A stretch of 13,611 bases of DNA from an uncultured Deferribacteres bacterium (GTDB lineage Bacteria > Zhuqueibacterota > Zhuqueibacteria > Zhuqueibacterales > Geothermadaptataceae), in NCBI GenBank assembly GCA_964014485.1, contig CAXHAT010000206.1, positions 1 to 13,611 on the forward strand, written 5' to 3'. Position 1 is the first letter of the stretch, and every line of letters starts with the position of its first letter. The notes under the pieces were generated by a model. That model searched no databases. It was not told the origin of the DNA and saw only the letters and a program-made list of their open reading frames with translations. A program made the position numbers and the translations under genes. Positions 6,122 through 13,611 of this stretch are shown here, in pieces.

Positions 6122-9100
6122 ATGAAAAACGCAGTGAATGAGCGACGCAAACGAGAAACTCTACCCGCACACAAGTCACTTCCCAATTGGCTCCTTGTTT
6201 TTTGGGCGACCGTCTGTCTTCTTCCCGCCACGGTTTTTTCACAACCGGTTTTCACAGGAAATGTTGAAGCGGACTTTGGCAAGCTGCCCAGAGTGGTGAC
6301 AATTTCCGACCCAGGCGGCAGAGACGTCTTGGCGACGGCTTCTAACGCTTTTCGCGATATAAAGGACGTACGCTTTTTCTACGACGCAGCAGGAGACGAG
6401 ATGTACGTCGGCATAAACGTTTTCCAGCGCAGCGGCGCTCCGCGAAACGGGCTGTTCGCCGTGCAGTTTGACCTGGACGAAGACGGGATATCTGACGTTA
6501 TCGCCGGCGTCTCTTCGCTCGGAAACGGAGAATTCAGCGTGAACCGTTTTAGAACAGGGGCTGTGTCAAGCGATCTATTTGGCGCGGCGCTGCCGGAGCA
6601 CCTGGGCGTCGTTTCCGCCGGTTCGGGGGATCAGCCGGATATTGAATTTTCCATCAAAAACTTTTCATCGCTCCCGCTTTCGTCTGGAAGCGACGAGAAT
6701 CCGGGAACGTTTCTCTTTAACGCGCGCACCGGTTCTGACGGGAATGGCGCCGAAGCCGATTACATGCCGGCTTCCGGGCAATTTGCGCTCGCGGGGCTGG
6801 TTGCTATCGGCGGCTTTGTCTGGCATGATCTCAACGCCGACGGTCTGATTGACAGAAGCGAGCCCGGCGTTCCAGGCATTACGGTCAATGTTCTAGACAC
6901 ATTGGATCAGGTGATCGCGACAATGACGACAAACGCGGACGGCGAGTATGATTTTGAGATAGAAGAAGGGACGTATGTTTTAGAGTTTATTCCGCCCGAT
7001 CCGGGGCTGGGTTACACCGGCTTTACCAAGGAAGTGGACGTGCCGCGAAAAAACAGCGACGTGAACCCGATCACGGGACGAACAGGACGAAATACATTTA
7101 CGCCAGGGCCTTCGGTCGTCATTGATGTCGGGCTGATTTCCCCGGATTTCGGCGACGCGCCTGAAAGCTACTTCACTTCATTAACCAACAACGGCGCGCG
7201 CCATTTGCTGGACGGCATGAACTATCTGGGCGCGCAGGTCGACGGCGAGCTGAACGGCCAGCCCGGGAGCGAGGCGGATTTGGACGACAAAACCGATTTC
7301 GCGGACGAGGACGGCGTTGTTTTTCCCAATCTGTTGCTCAGAGACGGCGTCGCGAACATCGAGGTCACAACATCGATGGATACGGCCGCGGCGGATTCCG
7401 GCTACTTGAACGCTTGGGTCGATTTTAACGGCAGCGGCGCGTTTGACTCCCCGCAAGAACAAGTGTTTACTGATCAGGTTTTGAAGCCGGGAAGCAGCAC
7501 GCTGCAAATCAACGTGCCGAAGGATGCCGTCGGCGCTTTTGCGTTCGCCCGATTCCGCTACAGCACCATGCCGGGCCTCACGCCGACCGGGGAAGCGCCG
7601 GACGGGGAGGTGGAAGACTACCGCATCGAAATTCTGGAAGCGCTCGAATGCACGATCACAGACATTGCGCCGCCTTCTGGCGCCAAAACGGCCAACGAAA
7701 CGCAGCGAATCACTGCGATGGTGAACGTGACGGGCGGCAAGCCGGGCTACACTGTCACCGGAACCGGCACGGTCAACGGAACGCCGATTACCGTAACACA
7801 CAACAGCGACGGTACAATTTCGGCGGACGCACCGCTGAATATGGGGGACAATGAAATTGTCATCTCCTGCACCGTCACCGACGCCGTCGGCAACACGACC
7901 ATGTGCGAGACGACGATGACGTTGGAACGCGTCGGTGTGCCGGTGTGTGAAATCACGGACGTCGTTTCATCGAACGGGGTTGAAACGCTAGAAGATTCGA
8001 CTGTCATCTCCGCTGTTTTCAGCGTCTCCGGCGGTGCGATGGCTTTTAAAGACACGACGTGCAAAATCATCGTCAACGGCGAAGAATTTCCGGTGACTCC
8101 TAGCGATTCGGGTGCATTTTCTCGTAAGATTCCGCTCAACGTGATCGGCGATGCCGGCAACGAGATTGAGATTTCCTGCACCGTGACCGATGCGCTTAGC
8201 CAGACTGTCAGTTGCGACACCGCCTTTACCGTTTTTCGCTACGACACGCTCACCTGCGAAATCACCGATATTGCGCCCCACGACGGCGCGTCGGTCAAAG
8301 ACAGCATGGTGACGCTCACTGCAATGCTGAACGCCGTCGGCGGCAAAGCGACGTTTGAGAGGGGTTGCGAAATTACGGTCAACGGCGGCGCGCCGATCGC
8401 TGCGACGTGTGATTCTACAGGCTTGTTACAAGCTGAGATTGCACTGAAAAACGGCGCCAACGAAATCTCCATTTCCGCCACAATAATGGACAGCATGCCT
8501 GACAGCCTTAAACAGACCGCTTTTTGCGACAGCACAATCACTATCCATCTTGTCGATTCAGTCAATTGCCAAATTACGGAAATCGATCCGCCGAACGGAC
8601 ATGTGACCGCCGATAGCATGATTGAGATCACGGCAAAATTGAATATTTTCGACGGTGCGGCACCTTATTCGGCAGCCTGTACGCTCAAAGTAAACGGCGC
8701 GAAATTTCCGGCTGTCCACAATAGCGCCAACAGTACGTTTTCCGCGACCGTGCTGCTGGAATTCGACGAAAATATGATCACGCTTTCCTGTACTGTGACA
8801 GACAGTTTGAATTGCGTGACAAACTGTGATTCAACAATAACGATTACACGCGCTCCAACACCAGAATGCTTTATAACTGAAGTGACTCCAGCGGACGGCT
8901 TCGAAACGCTCGATGAGATGATCACCGTTTCCGGCAAGCTGACCATTGAAGACGGCATTCCGCCCTACGACACGACCGAATGCAAAATCAGTGTGAACGG
9001 CCTCGATTTCCCGGTATCGCCCGATACATCAGGGTTCTTTTCAGCAGAGGATCTTCCACTAACGATAGGCGCAAATGAGATCATCATTTCCTGTTCAGCA

Positions 9101-11278
9101 ATGGATTCCATCGACCAACCCGCCGAATGCGCGGACACACTGACCGTCACCCGTTTCGGCCCGCCTGAATGCAAAATCGTTGACATCGTCCCGCCGGACG
9201 GTGCTGAGACAGCCGATGACACGATTTCGGTCAAATGGAATACACAAATTATCGGCGGCAGAGCGCCTTACAACACAAGCTGCGCCGTTATTCTCAACGG
9301 CGTGCAAGACGTGCCATTTACGCGCGGCGCGGACGGCTTTTTGTCTGGAGAAATCTCGCTAAATGAGGGCGAAAACACTGTTTTTATATCTTGCATCATC
9401 ACCGACAGTTTTGGCCAGCAGACGACGTGCGATACTACGATCACCATCACCAAAGTCGGACCGCCGGAATGCGAAATCGTCGATATTTCTCCGCCGGACG
9501 GGACGGTGACGACGCAGCGGGAAATTGAAATCAGCGCTCGTCTCGCACTTTCTGGCGGAGCGTCGGCGGGAAACGCCGTTTGCAACTTTATTTTGCCGGA
9601 CACGACCGTTGCGGCGACGCACAGAGCCGATTCCACATTTTTCGGAACTGTGCCGCTGAAGCTCGGCGACAATCCGGTGACGATCTCGTGCGTTTACACC
9701 GATTCGCTCGGCCAAACCACAAATTGCGACAGCACGATCATCATCACCCGCAACACCGATCTGATGTGCGAAACGATAATTACCGCCCCCGCGGACGACG
9801 ATTCAATCTCCGCTCCGGACAATGTAGAAGTCGTTTTCAAACATCTCATTGACGGCGGCGTTCCGCCCTTCAGCACTGTTTGCCAAGTCAGTGTTAACGG
9901 CGGCAGCGTTGTAACTGCGACCCAATTGGACGACACTACATACTCGGCGCTTGTTCCAATTGTCATCGGTGAAAACGAAATTATCGTGTCTTGCGATATG
10001 ACAGATCAAGACGGCGGCGCAGCAACTTGTTCAGACACAATTACGGTGAAAGGCAAACCGATTGAATGTCGGACGGAATTCGTCACGCTGGTCGACAGCA
10101 TTTTGGCGACGCAATCAGATACGCTTTTCGTCTGCGCGGACACCGCGGAATTTTCGATTCGCCATACGGTGGAACACGCCGTCGGCACGGTGACAACGAT
10201 TTGTGACGTGAACGGCGTTACAGCGACGGAAAATGACAGCGTTTTTTCTGCGACGCTGCCGCTGGCTTTGGGCTATAACACCATCGTCGCAACCTGCACA
10301 GCGACAGACACGCTTGGACGCGTTGCCGTCTGCGCCGATACGATGACGGTCTTTTCCGACATCACGCCGCCGTTCTGTGAACTTGATTTTTCGATGCACT
10401 CGGACGACAGCGCGACTGTGAAAGGCAAGATTTGGGATTATGAGAGCGGCATTGACAGCATTCAAATTCTCAAATTAATCAACCGCAATATTCGCTTCAG
10501 CGATTTCGTTCCGGGCGACACCGTTGTGACGTTCGTGTCTAAAAGAACCGGGCGGCAGGGCGGCACGAGTCTCGACATGCTGATCACCAACGTCGCGGGC
10601 TGCTCGACCTTCTGCGATCCCGTCGAGTTCACGCTTGAACCGGATTCCCTAGGCTGCCTCGTCGAAGCGACGATTCCCGATTACGACCGCTTTATCCAAA
10701 TTGAAAACTATGGCGTGAGAAAAATCTCCGTTAAAATCAACGGCGGTAAAACGCTGAATTTCATCGCCGGAGATGGTGAAAACGCGGCCTGTGAGACCTA
10801 TTTTATGGAGCGCAACGGTTTGACCACCTTTGAGTGGGGCGATTGTCTGGACAAAGGGGAAAATAATTTGGAAGTCACCTGCGAAGGGCCGGAAGGCAGT
10901 TATGCGAAAGTTCTGATCATCGATTCGCCGATCACGCGAACGATTACGGCAATTTCCGACGAGCAAGCGGAGCCGGAAAACAAGTTGATTCCAATAGCGT
11001 TCACGCTGCACCAAAACTATCCCAATCCCTTCAATCCTGAAACGACGATCTCCTTCGACGTTCCTCCGGGATGGGCGGCGCCGGTGAAATTACAGATATT
11101 TAACAGCGCCGGTCAGTTGGTTCGCAAGCTCATTGACAATACTTACGCGCCCGGATCGCACTCCGTTATCTGGGACGCGCGCAACGATCATGGCCAGGTC
11201 GTCGCGACCGGCGTGTATGTTTATCGAATCGTTTCCGGCAACATTAGTATAACTCGACGAGCGGTTTTAACCAAATAA
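6122..11278 (+). CDS. Large secreted/surface adhesin-like protein (about 1718 aa): SdrD-B-like domain, GEVED domain, nine Cys-rich Ig-like repeats, and T9SS type A sorting/FlgD-Ig C-terminal domain
   Basis: GGAGGG precedes the ATG at 6122 (alternative start 6110). Signal peptide ends VFS|QP. SdrD-B AIGGFVWHDLNADG...TTNADGEYDF...IDVGL at ~6803-7138. DFGDAPESY...YLNAWVDFNGSGAF...RFRYS...GEVEDY at ~7145-7636. Repeats at ~7640-10357. CTD FTLHQNYPNPFNPETTISF...WDARNDHGQVVATGVYVYRI at ~11000-11275. Confidence 0.92.
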   Translation: MKNAVNERRKRETLPAHKSLPNWLLVFWATVCLLPATVFSQPVFTGNVEADFGKLPRVVTISDPGGRDVLATASNAFRDIKDVRFFYDAAGDEMYVGINVFQRSGAPRNGLFAVQFDLDEDGISDVIAGVSSLGNGEFSVNRFRTGAVSSDLFGAALPEHLGVVSAGSGDQPDIEFSIKNFSSLPLSSGSDENPGTFLFNARTGSDGNGAEADYMPASGQFALAGLVAIGGFVWHDLNADGLIDRSEPGVPGITVNVLDTLDQVIATMTTNADGEYDFEIEEGTYVLEFIPPDPGLGYTGFTKEVDVPRKNSDVNPITGRTGRNTFTPGPSVVIDVGLISPDFGDAPESYFTSLTNNGARHLLDGMNYLGAQVDGELNGQPGSEADLDDKTDFADEDGVVFPNLLLRDGVANIEVTTSMDTAAADSGYLNAWVDFNGSGAFDSPQEQVFTDQVLKPGSSTLQINVPKDAVGAFAFARFRYSTMPGLTPTGEAPDGEVEDYRIEILEALECTITDIAPPSGAKTANETQRITAMVNVTGGKPGYTVTGTGTVNGTPITVTHNSDGTISADAPLNMGDNEIVISCTVTDAVGNTTMCETTMTLERVGVPVCEITDVVSSNGVETLEDSTVISAVFSVSGGAMAFKDTTCKIIVNGEEFPVTPSDSGAFSRKIPLNVIGDAGNEIEISCTVTDALSQTVSCDTAFTVFRYDTLTCEITDIAPHDGASVKDSMVTLTAMLNAVGGKATFERGCEITVNGGAPIAATCDSTGLLQAEIALKNGANEISISATIMDSMPDSLKQTAFCDSTITIHLVDSVNCQITEIDPPNGHVTADSMIEITAKLNIFDGAAPYSAACTLKVNGAKFPAVHNSANSTFSATVLLEFDENMITLSCTVTDSLNCVTNCDSTITITRAPTPECFITEVTPADGFETLDEMITVSGKLTIEDGIPPYDTTECKISVNGLDFPVSPDTSGFFSAEDLPLTIGANEIIISCSAMDSIDQPAECADTLTVTRFGPPECKIVDIVPPDGAETADDTISVKWNTQIIGGRAPYNTSCAVILNGVQDVPFTRGADGFLSGEISLNEGENTVFISCIITDSFGQQTTCDTTITITKVGPPECEIVDISPPDGTVTTQREIEISARLALSGGASAGNAVCNFILPDTTVAATHRADSTFFGTVPLKLGDNPVTISCVYTDSLGQTTNCDSTIIITRNTDLMCETIITAPADDDSISAPDNVEVVFKHLIDGGVPPFSTVCQVSVNGGSVVTATQLDDTTYSALVPIVIGENEIIVSCDMTDQDGGAATCSDTITVKGKPIECRTEFVTLVDSILATQSDTLFVCADTAEFSIRHTVEHAVGTVTTICDVNGVTATENDSVFSATLPLALGYNTIVATCTATDTLGRVAVCADTMTVFSDITPPFCELDFSMHSDDSATVKGKIWDYESGIDSIQILKLINRNIRFSDFVPGDTVVTFVSKRTGRQGGTSLDMLITNVAGCSTFCDPVEFTLEPDSLGCLVEATIPDYDRFIQIENYGVRKISVKINGGKTLNFIAGDGENAACETYFMERNGLTTFEWGDCLDKGENNLEVTCEGPEGSYAKVLIIDSPITRTITAISDEQAEPENKLIPIAFTLHQNYPNPFNPETTISFDVPPGWAAPVKLQIFNSAGQLVRKLIDNTYAPGSHSVIWDARNDHGQVVATGVYVYRIVSGNISITRRAVLTK
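7640..10357 (+). repeat. Nine diverged tandem ~300-nt (99-104 aa) coding repeats
   Basis: The first Cys codon of each unit falls at 7649, 7946, 8255, 8567, 8867, 9170, 9470, 9767 and 10067. A further PPFC at 10376 opens a divergent domain. Consensus: CxIxxxxPxxG...GG...C...VNG...GxNxIxISCTxTDxxxxxxxCDxTITxxR. Confidence 0.92.
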
Positions 11279-11290
11279 ATCGGTGAGAAT

Positions 11291-11325
11291 AGCGGCGCAA
11301 AATAAAAATGCGCCGCTCACTTTTT
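11291..11325 (+). terminator. Rho-independent terminator after the large secreted protein gene
   Basis: 9-bp stem AGCGGCGCA/TGCGCCGCT (11291-11299 and 11309-11317) followed by CACTTTTT, 12 nt after the stop, between convergent genes. Confidence 0.8.
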
Positions 11326-11409
11326 AGTTCGATGATTCGCTGTCGTGGTTGTTCCCGCGGTTTCAGGAATGGAAAAAGAAGGGGGCGGAGCCGGCGAGAA
11401 ACGTTCACC

Positions 11410-12486
11410 CTAAGTGCTTTTTCGCTGGCGTTTCCAGGCTACGCCGGTGAGAATGACTAGTGTGATTAAGGTGAGGGGCAAGGCAAATTGCAACATGATC
11501 CAACTGAATTGCGGCAGAGCGTCGTGGCCAGATGCGTCTAGAATCAAATATGCAGCGTATGCGGCGTAATAGACGAGAAACAGGAGCCCTTCACGACGTC
11601 CCATGCGATAGCCGGTAAAAAATATCGGCAAGCAGGCTGCTGCGACGACTATCATGACCGGTATGTCAAAATTCAAAGCCGCTGGAGCGACGCTTATTCC
11701 GTTCGGCGACGCGGCTCCTGAAAGTCCGAGAACCAGGAGAATGTTTGAAATATTACTGCCGACAACGTTGCCGATGGCAAGGTCGCGTTCCTTCTTAACG
11801 ACAGCGGCGATACTAGTGGCGATTTCCGGCAATGACGTCCCCAATGCGATGACGGTCAAACTGATCACCAATTCGCTGATTCCAAACATGCGTGCAATTT
11901 CGGTCGCAGCATCGATTAGCAGCTCGGCGCCGAACACAAGCAGAGCAATTCCCACCACAATCCCCGCGCCCCAATAGATGAAGTTCGCAATTGATTTCTT
12001 TGGCGCTTTTTGAGGCGCGCCGTTCTCATTTTTGAGGGCGTTTTGGCGTTTATTTTTGCGAAGGAGCCAAACGGTATAGAGCACGATCCCACCAAACAGG
12101 ACAAAGCTTTCCACACGAGAAATAACCCCGTTAAAAGCAAACAAATAGAGCAGCAATGAAACGCCGATCATGACCGGCACGTCAATCTTGACGGTTTGCC
12201 GTGAAATCATCATTGGCGAGAGCAGCGCCGAAACGCCGAGAACGACAAGCACGTTCATGATATTGCTGCCGATGACATTGCCTAAAGCAATATCGGGCTG
12301 CCCTTTTAGCGCTGCTGCAACGCTGATGGCGGTTTCCGGAGCGCTCGTTCCAAGAGCGACAACGGTTAGGCCAATGACCAAAGCCGACAATCCAAGCGCC
12401 TGGGCTAATTTCGATGCATATCTGACGAGTAAATCAGCGCCTGCGACAAGCAGGACAAACCCTGCAATGAAAGTAAGTAATAGCAT
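11410..12486 (-). CDS. yrbG: Calcium/sodium antiporter, CaCA family (YrbG-like), 358 aa
   Basis: Internally duplicated membrane protein with alpha-repeats ALGTSAPE...ALGNVIGSNIMN and ALGTSLPE...AIGNVVGSNISN, and about 10-11 hydrophobic segments. Confidence 0.95.
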   Translation of the reverse strand: MLLLTFIAGFVLLVAGADLLVRYASKLAQALGLSALVIGLTVVALGTSAPETAISVAAALKGQPDIALGNVIGSNIMNVLVVLGVSALLSPMMISRQTVKIDVPVMIGVSLLLYLFAFNGVISRVESFVLFGGIVLYTVWLLRKNKRQNALKNENGAPQKAPKKSIANFIYWGAGIVVGIALLVFGAELLIDAATEIARMFGISELVISLTVIALGTSLPEIATSIAAVVKKERDLAIGNVVGSNISNILLVLGLSGAASPNGISVAPAALNFDIPVMIVVAAACLPIFFTGYRMGRREGLLFLVYYAAYAAYLILDASGHDALPQFSWIMLQFALPLTLITLVILTGVAWKRQRKST

Positions 12487-12497
12487 TCAATCAGGGG

Positions 12498-13004
12498 TTA
12501 AAATGTTGGGTTGGCGATGCGGGACTTGAAGAATACGATACGCATTTTTCGCGTGACTTGGGCGGGCTTTGTTTCGTTGAAACGATGTAGTTTTTTAACG
12601 ATTTCTGCAACAGCGGCCTGATCTTTGGGTTTGCTTTCATCGCTGGAAGCATTCCGCGCAGCGTCGCTTATTCCTTGAAGATCTTCTTCAAAAACAGCGG
12701 CTGATTTTTCTAGCAATTCCGGCATTTTGGTCTCGTCCAGGCGCCAAACCAGCATGTTACGGCGCATCAGCCTGGCAATGTTCCATTCAAATTCGATGAT
12801 GTGCGACAGTGCAGCGCGTTCTGACCAGATCAAAACGAAATAAGGCGCCGATGCAATCCGTTCACCTACCTTCAACGGCCATCCTTTTTGTCCGTAAATA
12901 TCCCCGGTTTCGTAATACGTTTTTACCCCGGAAGCGGCCACCAAAGCAGACAACTGGTCGGCCTTTTCCCGATCTTCCCTGTTGTGGCTGATAAAAACGC
13001 TCAT
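12498..13004 (-). CDS. Standalone TIR domain-containing protein (about 168 aa)
   Basis: TIR motifs [34 protein letters not shown] (conserved Glu) and [13 protein letters not shown]. The ATG at 13004 overlaps the pdxJ TGA (ATGA). An alternative ATG is at 13016. Confidence 0.85.
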   Translation of the reverse strand: MSVFISHNREDREKADQLSALVAASGVKTYYETGDIYGQKGWPLKVGERIASAPYFVLIWSERAALSHIIEFEWNIARLMRRNMLVWRLDETKMPELLEKSAAVFEEDLQGISDAARNASSDESKPKDQAAVAEIVKKLHRFNETKPAQVTRKMRIVFFKSRIANPTF

Positions 13005-13611
13005 TTTTCCAGACATGCCTGATATTGTTTAATTGTCTCTTCCAACCCAAAGTATAAAGCGTCACATACAATGGCGTGACCGATAGAGACTTCTTCCAGG
13101 TGTGGGATTTGTTTGCGAAAATACTGCAAGTTTTCGAGGCTTAGGTCATGCCCGGCATTCAGGCCCAAACCTATGCTTTTTGCATGGTTCGCTGCCTTGA
13201 CAAAAGGCGCGACGGCCAGCTCACGGTCTTTTGCGTATTGGCTAGCATAGGATTCTGTGTAGAGCTCAATTCTGTCTGTTCCTACTTCTATCGCGCCGCC
13301 AATCATATCCAAATTCGTCTCAATAAAAATTGAAGTTCGAATTTTATTTGCCTTTAGTCTTGAAATAACGTCTTTTAAAAATTCCCGGTTTTTCAAAGTA
13401 TCCCAACCGGCGTTTGAAGTCAAAACATCCGGCGGATCAGGGACGAGAGTGCATTGGGCGGGCTTCACCTCTTCGACCATTTTCAAAAAATCTTCACCGG
13501 GATAGCCTTCGATGTTGAACTCAACGTCAATCGCTTCCACAATTTCATAAACGTCTGTTCGTCGAATATGGCGTTCATCGGGGCGGGGATGCACGGTTAT
13601 GCCGTCCGCGC
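13001..13611 (-). CDS. pdxJ: Pyridoxine 5'-phosphate synthase, 5' end outside the window
   Basis: The frame is open to the window edge. Motifs [49 protein letters not shown] and EVSIGHA. Confidence 0.97.
   Translation of the reverse strand, partial: ADGITVHPRPDERHIRRTDVYEIVEAIDVEFNIEGYPGEDFLKMVEEVKPAQCTLVPDPPDVLTSNAGWDTLKNREFLKDVISRLKANKIRTSIFIETNLDMIGGAIEVGTDRIELYTESYASQYAKDRELAVAPFVKAANHAKSIGLGLNAGHDLSLENLQYFRKQIPHLEEVSIGHAIVCDALYFGLEETIKQYQACLEK

Noticed and set aside
7747..10188. Series of similar minus-strand ORFs (VTVQE...ISI motifs)
   Set aside because: Antisense read-out of the same Ig-like repeats, not independent genes.
7640..10357. CRISPR array, DGR template/variable repeats, or recombination cassettes
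   Set aside because: The units are in-frame, heavily diverged protein repeats. There are no identical direct repeats with spacers, no adenine-specific variant pair, and no RT, cas or recombinase gene.
12498..13004. Calling the TIR gene a complete Thoeris/CBASS/Pycsar system
   Set aside because: No ThsA (SIR2, Macro or SLOG), cyclase, STING, Argonaute or other defence gene is present in the window.

Overview
The window is a bacterial contig end, probably from a metagenome assembly, and its protein features point to an FCB-group/KSB1-like lineage (inference). Bases 8-40 are an untrimmed Nextera/Tn5 adapter that truncates the first gene. The left arm (minus strand) encodes an acidic beta-rich lipoprotein of unknown function followed by a short single-POTRA Omp85-family barrel. 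A perfect REP-like palindrome lies between them and a candidate sigma54 promoter lies upstream. The centre (plus strand) holds an orphan duplicated MacB/FtsX ABC permease. It is followed by a ~1,720-aa secreted protein with a DOMON/CBM9-like head, an SdrD-B domain, a GEVED domain, nine Cys-rich ~100-aa Ig-like repeats dense in D-S/T sequons, and a T9SS-type/FlgD C-terminal domain, then a terminator. The right arm (minus strand) is a tightly packed pdxJ (cut by the window edge), standalone TIR protein and CaCA Ca2+/Na+ antiporter. No CRISPR array, rRNA, tRNA or transposase was seen. The best leads are the lipoprotein-Omp85 pair, the disulfide- and sequon-rich adhesin stalk, and the TIR gene coupled into a housekeeping operon.
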